Shown one piece after another: positions 33,150-44,234 of a stretch of 64,000 nt of DNA (position 1 is its first letter; the number at the start of each line of letters is the position of its first letter). This stretch comes from Escherichia phage RB49. Location: sequence record NC_005066.1; one strand, written 5' to 3'. The notes below the pieces were generated by a model that made no database searches, was not told the origin of the DNA, and saw only the letters and a program-made list of their open reading frames with translations. Position numbers and translations under genes: made by a program.

Positions 33150-34952
33150 ATGCTAATGTTTAATAACTCCGTTAAATGGTTTACCGGAATTGTAGAAAAC
33201 AGGGAAGACCCATTAATGCTGGGGCGTGTTCAGGTTAGGATTCATGGTATACATCCCTCGCTATCCGCACACGGTGACATTCAAGGTCTTCCAACCGAAG
33301 ATCTATTATGGATTACGCCAGTACAAGATATTACAAGCGCGGCGATCTCCGGTATAGGTCAAAGCCCTACTGGTATTGTTGAAGGTTCAATGGTATTTGG
33401 TTTGGCTTTAGATGAACGTTATTTAAACTGCGTTATTCTGGGTACTATTGCCGGACAATATACAGAGAAACCACTCACTACAGAAGGTTTTTGCGACCCT
33501 TCTGGTGCATATCCTCGTTATATTGGTAATGATGTTAATATTCTTGCTCGTGGCGGTATTAACCCAGAAACCGGGCAAACAACAAAACCTGATAGTGTCT
33601 ATATTCGAGATGAAAACACTGGAGTTGCAGTAAATCCAGACGACGAGCCATTAGACCAAATTCCGGTTGATGATAATCCTGATTTTACAATAGAAAAAAT
33701 GCTGCGGGGCGATGAGGGGTATCGCGAGAAATGGTATCTTGATTCAGAAGGATATCCGACAATAGGCATCGGGCATTTGATCATTTATAAGAAAACCAGT
33801 GATCTTGGTATTATCAATAATGAACTTTCTAAGCTGGTAGGGCGTGAAGTTACAAACGGAAGACTTACCGCCGAAGAAGTTAGTAAAGTATTTGCCGACG
33901 ATATAGAAAAGACTCGTCGTGATATGCGCAAACATCCACGAATTGCACCTGTCTATAATAAATGTAATGCCTCACGTCGTATGGCATTAGAAAATATGGC
34001 GTTTCAAATGGGTGTTGGTGGATTGGGTAAATTTAAGAATAGTCTTGCTGCAATGTTAGCGGAAGAATGGAAACAAGCCTATGATGGATTACGTCAATCG
34101 GTATGGGCTAACCAAACTCCAGGACGCTCCAGCCGTGTTTCTAAAATTATTTTAACTGGTAACTTAGAATCATATGGCGTAATTGCTCCAAAGAAAGAGG
34201 AATCAATTTCTGATGATCCGCGAGCACGTTTGAGAAATGCCCGTATTGCTGCCTATAAGACGCAGAGAGCAGAAGAAGAAGACCCAGAAGCACCGTTTAC
34301 CCCACAAGACACACGAATCATGTTTAAAGAGCCTAAGAGTTCGTATTCTGCTAGGTATCCTTATAACCATGTGTACGAGTCAGAGAGCGGTCATATTATC
34401 GAGATTGATGATACTCCTTCTCATGAGCGATATCATCGTAAACATCCTTCGGGTACATTTGAAGAAACCAGACCGGACGGAACGAGGGTAGAAAAGATTG
34501 AAGGCGATGATTATCTGATCGTTAAACAAGGCAGGAAAGTAAACGTTAAGGGTAATTTGCAAGTTGTTGTTGAAGGTGACGCGCAAGTTTATTATATGGG
34601 TAATGTGATGCAAACCGTTGATGGTAACGTCACTGAATTTATTCGTGGTAATGTTAATCAGACCGTTGAAGGTACTGCTAACATGCATGTTGTAGGTGAT
34701 GTTACCGCTCAGCTTGACGCTAATTTGACGGCTAACGTCAAGGGTAATGCTGAATTAATGATCGAGGGTAACACTACCGAAACAATTAAAGGTAACTATG
34801 ATTTAACCGTTGAGGGTAATTTTAATATGACCGTCAATGGCACTAAATCAGATCAGGTTAATGGTGACTGGTCCCGTAATTGTGGTGCAAGCGTTAAAGA
34901 TATTGCATCTGGTACAGTTAAAATTGATGGTAGCCGTATTGATCTTGGGTGA
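33150..34952 (+). CDS. 5: baseplate hub / tail-associated lysozyme gp5
   Basis: 600 aa; central lysozyme domain (GYPTIGIGHLI) and C-terminal VxGxxxxx beta-helix repeats. Confidence 0.9.
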   Translation: MLMFNNSVKWFTGIVENREDPLMLGRVQVRIHGIHPSLSAHGDIQGLPTEDLLWITPVQDITSAAISGIGQSPTGIVEGSMVFGLALDERYLNCVILGTIAGQYTEKPLTTEGFCDPSGAYPRYIGNDVNILARGGINPETGQTTKPDSVYIRDENTGVAVNPDDEPLDQIPVDDNPDFTIEKMLRGDEGYREKWYLDSEGYPTIGIGHLIIYKKTSDLGIINNELSKLVGREVTNGRLTAEEVSKVFADDIEKTRRDMRKHPRIAPVYNKCNASRRMALENMAFQMGVGGLGKFKNSLAAMLAEEWKQAYDGLRQSVWANQTPGRSSRVSKIILTGNLESYGVIAPKKEESISDDPRARLRNARIAAYKTQRAEEEDPEAPFTPQDTRIMFKEPKSSYSARYPYNHVYESESGHIIEIDDTPSHERYHRKHPSGTFEETRPDGTRVEKIEGDDYLIVKQGRKVNVKGNLQVVVEGDAQVYYMGNVMQTVDGNVTEFIRGNVNQTVEGTANMHVVGDVTAQLDANLTANVKGNAELMIEGNTTETIKGNYDLTVEGNFNMTVNGTKSDQVNGDWSRNCGASVKDIASGTVKIDGSRIDLG

Positions 34953-34960
34953 GGTAACTA

Positions 34961-35527
34961 ATGGTTGAAATTCTTCCGATGAGTTCAAAATTGGAGGATA
35001 TCAGCGAGCGAGAAATCTTTGAGGTGGTGTTCTCTTATAAAGCAACGCCACCGGATGCAAATACCACATACACGATTAAAGAGTTTAAGATCAGCGAGTA
35101 TCGCCCTAATAAGGGCGTTACCGTTGAAGAAACTAAAATATCTGGTGAGTATCGGGATAGTTTTTCGCTTGGCGCGGATTCTCTTAAATATATAACGAAA
35201 GATAGAATTAAAAAATCTGCCGGAAGTTTTGATGATTTACCAGATCCAATTACCGCAGATCTATATTATTTTAACGCTCCTACACGTCTACAGGAGCTTT
35301 ATACTTATAAAGTCACCCTAACCTATATCCAATCTGTTTCAGAGTCTTCTGGTGGTTCTGGTGAAGGAAATAGTGGTGGTTCCAATAGCCGAGAGGGTGC
35401 TGGTGAAACTAATACGCCTCCGGTAGTAACCGAACACACAATAGAGAAAGTTTATACTCAAACCGTTTTTGGAAATTGGGATGTGTGGGCGCAGCAACTA
35501 AGAGATTATGTACATAGGGGTGTTTAA
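34961..35527 (+). CDS. hypothetical protein (gp5.1 position) with Gly/Ser-rich linker
   Basis: 188 aa; [17 protein letters not shown] linker. Confidence 0.5.
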   Translation: MVEILPMSSKLEDISEREIFEVVFSYKATPPDANTTYTIKEFKISEYRPNKGVTVEETKISGEYRDSFSLGADSLKYITKDRIKKSAGSFDDLPDPITADLYYFNAPTRLQELYTYKVTLTYIQSVSESSGGSGEGNSGGSNSREGAGETNTPPVVTEHTIEKVYTQTVFGNWDVWAQQLRDYVHRGV

Positions 35528-35820
35528 TGGCTGGATTATCCTACGATAAAGCTAAAACTACAGGGCACGGAAACTACCCACCTACGGTAATTAATGCAAC
35601 TCAATCTAAGGTATTTGTTGAGGGTATCCCTGTATTAGTCGAAGGAGACCCAATTACACCACACACAAAAACAACAAAGCCTTATGATACACACGGGGGA
35701 ACTACGGTCGCCAGTACCCCGAAAGTATTTGTTACCGGAAAGAAAGCAATTCAAATGGCAGATCGTATTAGCTGTGGCGATACCGTCGCTATGGCATCAC
35801 CGAAGGTATTCATAAAATGA
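35527..35820 (+). CDS. 5.4: baseplate spike tip protein, gp5.4-like (PAAR-type)
   Basis: 97 aa, same length as T4 gp5.4 and between 5 and 6. Confidence 0.65.
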   Translation: MAGLSYDKAKTTGHGNYPPTVINATQSKVFVEGIPVLVEGDPITPHTKTTKPYDTHGGTTVASTPKVFVTGKKAIQMADRISCGDTVAMASPKVFIK

Positions 35821-37721
35821 CAAAGCAAAAGATTACACAAATTCCTGATATTTTTAATGCTGCTACATTCGATGAAATTAAAAGCGCATTAACAGACTGG
35901 ATGAGAAACCAGGAAGAATTTAAAGATTTTGATTTTAATGGTGCTGGTATTAACGTATTGATGGACTTGCTCGCATATAATACCCTTTATATTCAGCAAT
36001 TCGCTAACGCCGCGCTATATGAATCTTTTATCAGAACGGCAATTAAGCGTAGTTCAGTTGTTCAAGCCGCGCAAGATTTAGGATATTTGCCAGCAAGTAA
36101 AACTAGTGCATCGACTACAATTATGTTGCACGTATCGCATCCACGAAATCCGGCAAGTATTCGAATCCCACGAGGAACTAAATTTATTGCAAGTGTGGAT
36201 CGCCAGACGTCTTACCCGTTTGTGACTACAGAAGACGTTGTGAGCGTTTTAGGTTCAAATGGTTTATATACTCCTATGCTTAAAGTCGCACAAGGTCGTA
36301 TTGTTCGTACAGAAATGTTATTTGATCCGAAGAAACAAATTCTGATCCGCGATCCTGATATTGACCGCGCTCAGGTTAAGTTGTGGGTAGACGGTGCTGA
36401 ATGGAAAGACTGGACACGAGAAAGCATTGTTAATGCAACTGGTGCAAGCAATATTTTCTATATGCGTGAAACCGTAGACGGACATACTGAAATTTTCTTT
36501 GGTGAGGGTGAATCAACTTTATCTGCTGCTGGCGGTGCACTGGAAGCAAATTATATCGGTGGACTTAAGCCGTCAACTGGTGCTAATATTGTTATCGAAT
36601 ATATCAGCACTAAGGGCGCGGAAGCAAACGGTTCAGTTAATTTCACATACGCGGATACCCTTGCATCTATCTCTATTGTTAAAATTATTGAGAATCCGAC
36701 AAATGATCGTGATTATGTCGGTGCAGATGGTGGTGGTGATCCTGAATCAATCGAACGTATCCGTGAACTTGCTCCGGTAATGCGTGAATCTCAGCGTCGT
36801 TGTGTTACTGCTTCTGACTATGAGGCTTTTGTGTCTAGCCGTTTTGGTAGTATTGTTCAGGCGGTACAATGTTTCACTGACCGAGAAAAACCGGGTTATG
36901 CTTTTGTTGCGGTTAAGCCTAAATCTGGCTTGCGCTTGACAACTGTTCAAAAAGAAGATATGCGGGATTATCTGGCAAAATATAATCTTGCCCCTATCAC
37001 TCCGAGCATCATTGACCCTAACTATCTATATATTAAACAGAATATTAAAGTTTCATATTCAATCAATGACTTGTCAGAATCAGAGCAGTGGTTGCGCGGT
37101 GCGGTTATTGATCAGATTGATGCATATTATACCGACGAAGTGGAAATTTTTAACCAGACCTTTAGTAAGTCTAAAATGCTTGCGCGTATTGACAAAGCTG
37201 ATGTATCTGTGATAGGTTCTAGTGCAGAAATCGAGATGGTGCGAGAGATCGACAACTTCTATAAAGCACCGATGGCTGGAATCAAGTTTTTAAACCAGTA
37301 TAAGAGCGGAATCAAGTCTAGTTCATTCAACTTCGAAAAGGACGACAAGCAATATCCGATCCATTATGTAAGTACAGAAATGAACAAAGAATCCGGTTTA
37401 GCTAAATTGCTGGTTGGACCTTTCCCTGTTGATTCTGCAATCGCTTTACCGCACTATTCCGGCACTGATTTTGATAAAGAGGTTATTGACGGTGCGGACC
37501 TATACTTTGAGGTTGGAGAGGTTCAGCATTATGACGACCTTATTTCATGGGATCTGGGTAAACTGAATATCAATAGCGATCGCTTTACTGGTTCATATAT
37601 TGAGTTGACAGCTAAACCGATTGCTGATAACATCTTTACTAAAGACGGTTCTTTGATCGTGTTTGAAAACGATCTCCGTCCTCAGTACACAACTATTAGT
37701 CTGGAGGCAATTGCTCAATGA
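35817..37721 (+). CDS. 6: baseplate wedge protein gp6
   Basis: 634 aa; synteny and size. Confidence 0.8.
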   Translation: MTKQKITQIPDIFNAATFDEIKSALTDWMRNQEEFKDFDFNGAGINVLMDLLAYNTLYIQQFANAALYESFIRTAIKRSSVVQAAQDLGYLPASKTSASTTIMLHVSHPRNPASIRIPRGTKFIASVDRQTSYPFVTTEDVVSVLGSNGLYTPMLKVAQGRIVRTEMLFDPKKQILIRDPDIDRAQVKLWVDGAEWKDWTRESIVNATGASNIFYMRETVDGHTEIFFGEGESTLSAAGGALEANYIGGLKPSTGANIVIEYISTKGAEANGSVNFTYADTLASISIVKIIENPTNDRDYVGADGGGDPESIERIRELAPVMRESQRRCVTASDYEAFVSSRFGSIVQAVQCFTDREKPGYAFVAVKPKSGLRLTTVQKEDMRDYLAKYNLAPITPSIIDPNYLYIKQNIKVSYSINDLSESEQWLRGAVIDQIDAYYTDEVEIFNQTFSKSKMLARIDKADVSVIGSSAEIEMVREIDNFYKAPMAGIKFLNQYKSGIKSSSFNFEKDDKQYPIHYVSTEMNKESGLAKLLVGPFPVDSAIALPHYSGTDFDKEVIDGADLYFEVGEVQHYDDLISWDLGKLNINSDRFTGSYIELTAKPIADNIFTKDGSLIVFENDLRPQYTTISLEAIAQ

Positions 37722-40700
37722 TTAAAGCGCCTAGTGTAACTAGCTTGACAATAGAAAAATTGTCTGCTAATCAGGCGTATATCACATGGGATGACGTAGG
37801 CGAAAACTTCTTTTATTTTGTGGAGTTAGCCGAAACCAGAACACGAGACGGGGAGATCATCCCCGTCGATGAGTTAAGCTGGGTAAACCTGGGATATACT
37901 GCCGAACAAAACTGGTTTGAGGATAAAAACCTTTTTCCAGAATATTATTACAAGTTTCGTGTAGCAGTAGCCGCAGAAGGATTTGAACAAAGTAAATGGG
38001 TTGAGACAGAAGAGTTTCAGACATTTAAAACAAACGCATATAATTTTTCTATGATGCGAGAGTTCAACCTTGCAAACGAGTTTATAAAGGAAAAATTTAC
38101 ATACGATAATCGAGAGTATGTCAAGTTTAATACCGACCTTATTCAAGCATCATTGATGAAGGAAGATTTTGTCTTTAGTCCTGAATATGCAAACATGACA
38201 AATATCTCAAACTATATTGTAGTTGATGAGAACTTTCATGAAATACAGGATCACATAGAAAAAGTTTGTACTGATATAAACCGCACTATGTTAGCGGAAA
38301 TGAACGGTGTTTTGTACCTTTTCGAACGGTTCCAGCCGATCGTGAAAGTGTCAAATGATAAAGGTCAATCATGGAAAGCATACAAGGCTTTTAATGACCG
38401 TGTAGGCAATCCGGTTTCCCGCACATGCGTTTATCAGTCTAAAACCACTACTTACGTTTTAGGATATGACCGAATCTTTTACGGACGACAAGCTAGCGAT
38501 ACTCGATGGAGCGCGGACGATGTTCGATTTAGTGATGATACGATCACTTTTGCAAAGGTTGGTGACGAAAACGACTTAGGGTTTGATGTTGAGGTCTTTG
38601 GTGTATTTTCCAGATTAACAGGTGACACCACAAAATACGCCGAAGCTATGGCGTGCAGTGATGACTATTTGTGGGTTGGTGCTAAAGATGTTATTCGCCG
38701 GATTCGTCTTAAGAATACTCCCGTTGATACCGTACAGGGTTCGCCTACGTTTGGAGAAAAAATATTCGATCCTGATGTTATCCGAGTAACAGGAAATGAT
38801 AAAGCCGTCATTCAGAAAATGGATGTGATCGACGGTAAATTGCTTGTATTTGTTACGGGTGAAGTTAAACAGCGTTATCAAGATCCAACTAAACCAGAAA
38901 ACGTTGTTCCGTCAGATGATGCGGGTGTATACTTAATAGGGAGTGATGGTCTGTCTTTTCAGAGAGTATTTGGCAACACTCCGCAGGAAAGGGAATATAT
39001 TCAGCACGGGTTCAGTAATATGTCAACCAATGGTGATGAGGTGTTCATAAGCCATTATAATCATCACTTCGAAAGCATTTTACCTGATCCAGAAACTGCC
39101 GCGAAATATGAATTGGGCGAAGCTGTAAAATATTCTCAGGAGCCAACTTATCTAACTGATAAGAAAATACATCAAACTACTTTCAGAGCAAGTTATGATG
39201 ATTTGCGTATTTGGGAGTTAGGACCGCAAGCGTATTATAATGAGGCTGATTATACATGGATGCGTCGAAATGGTGTTCGTGTATGGATCACAAATGATAA
39301 TCGCCCGTTGGTTGTTTATCCAGAGGTTATCTATACTCAAGAAGTTGATACATCTGGCATTCTTGACCAAAATAGGGTCAACCGAGAAGTTTATGATAAA
39401 GGGACCGTGACCTGTTATCTTAATAATGTTAAATTTGAAGGATTCAAACAATATGCATCCGGTGTAATGTTCCATAAAAACACGGGAGAGATCATAGGAT
39501 TCTATCAATTTAATTATCGTGTTCGTGATCAGGTTGGTGTATACTGGAAACCTACAAATGTAGCATTTGTTGCTGAATTGCAAAATCAGGTTCGAGAGGT
39601 TCCCTGGGTTCCTGTTCATTATGACAGAGAGCAAGATCCAGATTTGCGACCTTTACTGAATAAGATGACGCCTGATAGCTTTTTACTTGAGAACGAAAAT
39701 TTCAGAAAATTCTCTGAATATTATCTGCAATTCTTAAGCGATGGTTCAGGAACATATTATAATAAACTAAAAAATCTGATTAAAAACAAATATCCACGCG
39801 AGCAAGATGCATATGAGTATCTTTGGTCAGAGATGAACAAACGAAACATATATGCAGATAAAAACAAGCGAGATGCGGTAGTAAGATTCTTTGAATCCCG
39901 CAAATCAGATTTTTATTCCACTAAGGGCGTGGAGGCTTCTTATAAGTTCTTGTTTAAGTTACTTTATAATGAAGATGTAGAAATTGAGGTTGAATCACAA
40001 GCCGGACTAGAGTATGATATTGTTGTTAGTTCAACGAACATTGACGAGGATATCGTAGGTCGCACGATTTATACTCCAACCGGACGGGCTAACGTGACGT
40101 ATCTTGAAAGGGAATATGAAGGTGGTCGCCTACGCTGGCGAGTAACCATTCATAACCTGATCGGGCGGTTCGAAGAAGGTCAAGTGATCAAATCAGAGAA
40201 AACAGCGTTTGAAGGGATGATCCTTGTTGGTGTACGTGGTAAAGAGTTGTTGAGTAGTTCAATCGACTATATCAACCGCTCACGAAGCCAATACACCATG
40301 AAGATTAAAAGTGCATTGCCAGTTTCGCGCTATGCAAATGATGTAATGCGATTCGTTCATCCTGTCGGCTTTGGGTTTATCGGTGTTACCCTGCTTACGA
40401 TGTTCATTAACAGCGGGTTAAGCATGAAACACACAGAGACGATAATTCAATCTCTAAAAAATTATAAGTTTGACAGCGGATTGCCTAGCGTGTATCCTGA
40501 TCGGGTGGCAGACCTTGACGTTGACGGAAACATTAAGAAAGACCCGCTTACCGGAAAAGCATTATACTTAACGTCACCGACAATGGGCGAAGAGTTCCCC
40601 GTTCCTCCTGAATATGATCAGGAGAACAGCGAATTGTTCCACGGACTTAAAGCAAGCGAACGAAGATTTGCAATGAGTCCACTGTTTGACCAGTCGGCGG

Positions 40701-40804
40701 TAACATTCTCTATGTTCCGTGAACTTGTAGATAAACGGTTGAAGGATAATATAGGAAATCCACGCGATCCAAAGAATCCGACACAGAGGAAAATTAATGG
40801 CTAA
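37718..40804 (+). CDS. 7: baseplate wedge protein gp7
   Basis: 1028 aa (T4 gp7 is of similar size); synteny. Confidence 0.8.
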   Translation: MIKAPSVTSLTIEKLSANQAYITWDDVGENFFYFVELAETRTRDGEIIPVDELSWVNLGYTAEQNWFEDKNLFPEYYYKFRVAVAAEGFEQSKWVETEEFQTFKTNAYNFSMMREFNLANEFIKEKFTYDNREYVKFNTDLIQASLMKEDFVFSPEYANMTNISNYIVVDENFHEIQDHIEKVCTDINRTMLAEMNGVLYLFERFQPIVKVSNDKGQSWKAYKAFNDRVGNPVSRTCVYQSKTTTYVLGYDRIFYGRQASDTRWSADDVRFSDDTITFAKVGDENDLGFDVEVFGVFSRLTGDTTKYAEAMACSDDYLWVGAKDVIRRIRLKNTPVDTVQGSPTFGEKIFDPDVIRVTGNDKAVIQKMDVIDGKLLVFVTGEVKQRYQDPTKPENVVPSDDAGVYLIGSDGLSFQRVFGNTPQEREYIQHGFSNMSTNGDEVFISHYNHHFESILPDPETAAKYELGEAVKYSQEPTYLTDKKIHQTTFRASYDDLRIWELGPQAYYNEADYTWMRRNGVRVWITNDNRPLVVYPEVIYTQEVDTSGILDQNRVNREVYDKGTVTCYLNNVKFEGFKQYASGVMFHKNTGEIIGFYQFNYRVRDQVGVYWKPTNVAFVAELQNQVREVPWVPVHYDREQDPDLRPLLNKMTPDSFLLENENFRKFSEYYLQFLSDGSGTYYNKLKNLIKNKYPREQDAYEYLWSEMNKRNIYADKNKRDAVVRFFESRKSDFYSTKGVEASYKFLFKLLYNEDVEIEVESQAGLEYDIVVSSTNIDEDIVGRTIYTPTGRANVTYLEREYEGGRLRWRVTIHNLIGRFEEGQVIKSEKTAFEGMILVGVRGKELLSSSIDYINRSRSQYTMKIKSALPVSRYANDVMRFVHPVGFGFIGVTLLTMFINSGLSMKHTETIIQSLKNYKFDSGLPSVYPDRVADLDVDGNIKKDPLTGKALYLTSPTMGEEFPVPPEYDQENSELFHGLKASERRFAMSPLFDQSAVTFSMFRELVDKRLKDNIGNPRDPKNPTQRKING

Positions 40805-41792
40805 TGAAAATAGTGTGATCTATCGCTCAATCATTACTAGTAAATTCAGAACGGAAAAACTTCTGAATTTCTATAATTCTGTAGGCGATGAGGCAAATCA
40901 AATTACAATTTATGGAACGTTTGGACGTTCGGAGCCGTGGTCAGAAAACGAAAAAGAGGTGGGCTTTGCCCCACCTTATCCGACCGATTCAACGGCTGGT
41001 GTTGTTGATATGTGGACCCATATGATGGGGGCGGTTAAGATTAACAAATCACTTCTTGATGCGGTTATCCCTCGTAAAGATTGGGGTGATACCGGACAGG
41101 ATAACCCGCGCACATTCTTTATCAATGACATTGTTGTTGTCAACTCAGCACCATATAACCGAACTGATGTTGGTAGTGGCTGGATGGTGTATCGCGTAAC
41201 CGATGTTCCTGATCGCGGTTACTGCTCGATTTCAAGCATTGACGCTAAAGTAGAGTGTTTGAAGTTGGGCGGAAAGTGGACACCCACTCATGAATCAATT
41301 GCGCCACCTGTAGGAAAGGGCGATTCTATTGATATGGGTGATGGGTATCGTTGGGAATATCTGTACACAATTCCACCTGATGCGGCGATCAACCGTTGCA
41401 CCAATGAACATATTGTTGTTCCATTCCCTGATGAATTGAGACAAGATCCGGCGCGTTGGGGCTATGACAATGTGATCACCTGGTATAATGACTATAATCT
41501 GCTTTATCGGTTGAAAGTAGTAACTTTGCGTTTTCAGGCTTATATGGACTCTGCGCAATTCCCAACTACCGCGTTAGTGGGTAATACTGGTTTCCGTCAG
41601 TTAAGCATTATCCTTAACCCATTGGAAAAGAAAGCACGCCCTAGCGATCCAGACGTTAAAGCGGTTGAAGATAAGTACCGACCGCAAGACTTAGAGCCAC
41701 ACTCAGGCGAAATGATCTACATGGAAAACCGACAACCTATCGTTCGGTCATTAGATCAAACAGAACTTGTTTCTGTATTGTTTGAGTTCTAA
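40797..41792 (+). CDS. 8: baseplate wedge protein gp8
   Basis: 331 aa; synteny. Confidence 0.8.
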   Translation: MANENSVIYRSIITSKFRTEKLLNFYNSVGDEANQITIYGTFGRSEPWSENEKEVGFAPPYPTDSTAGVVDMWTHMMGAVKINKSLLDAVIPRKDWGDTGQDNPRTFFINDIVVVNSAPYNRTDVGSGWMVYRVTDVPDRGYCSISSIDAKVECLKLGGKWTPTHESIAPPVGKGDSIDMGDGYRWEYLYTIPPDAAINRCTNEHIVVPFPDELRQDPARWGYDNVITWYNDYNLLYRLKVVTLRFQAYMDSAQFPTTALVGNTGFRQLSIILNPLEKKARPSDPDVKAVEDKYRPQDLEPHSGEMIYMENRQPIVRSLDQTELVSVLFEF

Positions 41793-41804
41793 GTGTATGA
41801 TTTA

Positions 41805-41840
41805 AAAGCCAATTCGAGAGAGTTGGCTTTTTCTATTTTT
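41805..41840 (+). terminator. rho-independent terminator downstream of gene 8
   Basis: Stem aaagccaa/ttggcttt with T-rich tail. Confidence 0.55.
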
Positions 41841-41844
41841 GGTG

Positions 41845-41872
41845 TTGACAATCTTGCCTGATAAGGTATAAT
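41845..41872 (+). promoter_or_regulatory. sigma70-consensus promoter inside the late structural module
   Basis: TTGACA (41845-41850), 16 nt spacer, TATAAT (41867-41872). Confidence 0.6.
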
Positions 41873-41901
41873 GCTCACATCTAAACAACGGAGGATAAAT
41901 T

Positions 41902-42057
41902 ATGGCACGTCGTAAATTTACAGATAATTGTGAAGCAATTCAGGTATCCCCTTGCGGTTGGGATGTGATCGCGAACGGTGAAAAGATCGGCGAGATCATC
42001 GATCATACTCATTCATCACTAGCCGATTACACCGATGAACTATGGGAGCATGAATAA
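41902..42057 (+). CDS. small hypothetical protein (51 aa), island ORF A
   Basis: Hand-translated MARRKFTDNCEAIQVSPCGWDVIANGEKIGEIIDHTHSSLADYTDELWEHE; GGAGGA RBS 7 nt upstream. Confidence 0.45.
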   Translation: MARRKFTDNCEAIQVSPCGWDVIANGEKIGEIIDHTHSSLADYTDELWEHE

Positions 42058-42135
42058 CACTAAACGATTCAAGACTATCGACGAAGCTATCTATTTTGTG
42101 TATAATCCAACTTTCGGTATGTGGAGTAATAGAAA

Positions 42136-42465
42136 ATGGCACGCGTAAACATTAAACTACACTACACAATGGGTAAACCAAAACATCCAATGCATAAAGT
42201 GTTTTGGGGCTTGCATCTTCAAGAAAAATGGCATGATAACTATTGGTTTTGTGAGCATGATAAGAAGTGGCATTCTCAAGATGAAGTTAATGCGATGATG
42301 GAACAGGGTATAAAATTTAATTACTCTAATTATGACCATAGCATTACTTGTATTCGAAAATTGAAACGGTTTATTCGAAAGAATCCGCAATTTAAAAACT
42401 TTGTGTTCTTTATGTCTCATGTTTATTTGGGGCATAGCGTTACAGTAACAGCAAAGGTTAAATAA
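42136..42465 (+). CDS. hypothetical Trp/His-rich protein (109 aa), island ORF B
   Basis: Track ORF; GGAG RBS; possible weak promoter (TATAAT at 42101-42106). Confidence 0.55.
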   Translation: MARVNIKLHYTMGKPKHPMHKVFWGLHLQEKWHDNYWFCEHDKKWHSQDEVNAMMEQGIKFNYSNYDHSITCIRKLKRFIRKNPQFKNFVFFMSHVYLGHSVTVTAKVK

Positions 42466-43304
42466 TGGCACGACTTTCTAAACAAGAACAAAAATTACAC
42501 GATCGGGTGATGGAGTTGATTAATTCAGATCGCCAATTGACATATGAAGAAAAAGAATTTTGCTATAATAACTATCATGGCGATGGTCTAGGCGGTTCAG
42601 GTGCATTCTTTACCCCAGAAGGGCTTGCATGGGATTTTACCATCGATGCACATTGCACAGGAAAAGTATTAGATCTTTGTGCTGGGATCGGTCGCTTATC
42701 TTTTTGTATGTTACATCGTTGTAAGCCAGAAAAGATCGTATGCGTCGAACTCAATCCAGAATTTGCGCGGATTGGCAAGAGACTATTACCGGAGGCAGAA
42801 TGGATCACCAGCGATGTATTCGAATTTGAGTCAAACGAAAAATTCGATGTGGTGATCAGCAATCCACCTTTCGGGAAAATCAATACAACCGACACAAAGG
42901 ATGTATTTGAGTACACTGGCGGCGAATTTGAATTTAAGGTTATGACATTAGGACAGAAGTTTGCCGATGTAGGTTATTTTATTGTTCCTACTGGTTCCGC
43001 TGGTTTTGCCTATTCCGGCAGACCTTATTATGACGGGACCATGAAGTCTAATAAATATCTAAAATGGAGCAAACAAACTGGTTTGGTGACTTATGCCGGA
43101 TGTGGGATCGATACATCAATCTATCGCGATGAATGGCATAGTACCAGCGTTTTAACAGAAGTGGTTGAGGTTCGGTATTACGAGAAAGAAGCCGTAGAAG
43201 CGCCTAAATCACGTCCTAACGAACAAATAGAAGAAAGTAAGGAGATTACCTTACCGAAACAGGAAAGCGAGTCTGGGACGCTCTCAGATTTGTTTGACAT
43301 TTAA
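42465..43304 (+). CDS. SAM-dependent amino-methyltransferase (gamma-class order), putative N6-adenine MTase, island ORF C
   Basis: 279 aa; motif I VLDLCAGIGRLS then motif IV VISNPPFG about 60 aa later; acidic C-terminal tail. Confidence 0.65.
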   Translation: MARLSKQEQKLHDRVMELINSDRQLTYEEKEFCYNNYHGDGLGGSGAFFTPEGLAWDFTIDAHCTGKVLDLCAGIGRLSFCMLHRCKPEKIVCVELNPEFARIGKRLLPEAEWITSDVFEFESNEKFDVVISNPPFGKINTTDTKDVFEYTGGEFEFKVMTLGQKFADVGYFIVPTGSAGFAYSGRPYYDGTMKSNKYLKWSKQTGLVTYAGCGIDTSIYRDEWHSTSVLTEVVEVRYYEKEAVEAPKSRPNEQIEESKEITLPKQESESGTLSDLFDI

Positions 43305-43308
43305 TTAT

Positions 43309-43335
43309 AAGCCGTCCTTGTGGGCGGCTTTTTTG
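43309..43335 (+). terminator. rho-independent terminator at the end of the inserted island
   Basis: aagccg-loop-cggctt followed by TTTTTT. Confidence 0.55.
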
Positions 43336-43344
43336 TATGTATTT

Positions 43345-43352
43345 TATAAATA
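43345..43352 (+). promoter_or_regulatory. T4-type late promoter TATAAATA (gene 9)
   Basis: Exact TATAAATA 28 nt upstream of gene 9 ATG. Confidence 0.6.
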
Positions 43353-43379
43353 ATACATCATAACATGAGGAATTAAACA

Positions 43380-44234
43380 ATGGCACAAGTTCCAAAGAAA
43401 AGAATAGACACAGGTACTGTCGGCAATCCATCGACTGGCGATATCTTATATGATGGCGGTAATAAAATTAACGATAACTTTGATTCAATATATGACGCAT
43501 TTGCGGATCAGCGGTTTAAAGACGTAGACCACGGCGTGGGAAGAATGGTTATTCATGCAACCGGATACTATCAGAAACATCCACGTCAAAGCTACGCTGG
43601 TTCCGCTGTTGAGATTGGGAGTCTACACGATATCGATACAACTCAAGGCGCACTTATTGCTATTCTACCTAAAGCAAAGGTCGGCGAGGGTGTTGTATTC
43701 ATAAATAGTAACGGTAGCCTTTCAACGACTACACCGCTCAATATTCGAACTCAAGCAGGTGATTCTATTAGCGGTTATTCCGGTGATGCTACAATAACAC
43801 AACCATTTTCAAAAGTCACTGTTTGGTGTACTGCCGTTGAAGGTAGTCGCGTAACATGGCGATTGGGTATCGAAAGTATGTTTACCGATACAACAACGCC
43901 ATTAGATAAAACAGTTAACGTAACTGGAGTAGCAACAAACGTTGCTATTGCCGCAAAAACAGAATACGTTTCCATCAAATTATTAACTACCGCTAGCAAT
44001 ACATCCGGTTCAAAAATGCGTTCAAGTGAAACGCTACTGATGATTGATTCTAAAGCCGGAAAAGTTTATGCGACGGAATATGCAGTTTTGCAGAAGACAG
44101 AAGATGAACTATACACGGTTCGTTATTTCATCGGTTCCGGCGATAAAGTATATGCAGAGTATAAGGCTACTGGCGAAAATATTCGTTTAGCAGTTAAAGC
44201 CGTAGACACTATTAAAATCGGGGTTGCTACATGA
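43380..44234 (+). CDS. 9: baseplate wedge / long tail fiber socket protein gp9
   Basis: 284 aa; synteny and size. Confidence 0.8.
   Translation: MAQVPKKRIDTGTVGNPSTGDILYDGGNKINDNFDSIYDAFADQRFKDVDHGVGRMVIHATGYYQKHPRQSYAGSAVEIGSLHDIDTTQGALIAILPKAKVGEGVVFINSNGSLSTTTPLNIRTQAGDSISGYSGDATITQPFSKVTVWCTAVEGSRVTWRLGIESMFTDTTTPLDKTVNVTGVATNVAIAAKTEYVSIKLLTTASNTSGSKMRSSETLLMIDSKAGKVYATEYAVLQKTEDELYTVRYFIGSGDKVYAEYKATGENIRLAVKAVDTIKIGVAT

Noticed and set aside
42078-42106. Second promoter inside the gene 8-9 island upstream of ORF B
   Set aside because: The -10 TATAAT is good but the -35 (TCGACG) is weak and the TG does not sit at the extended -10 position; too uncertain to annotate as a feature.
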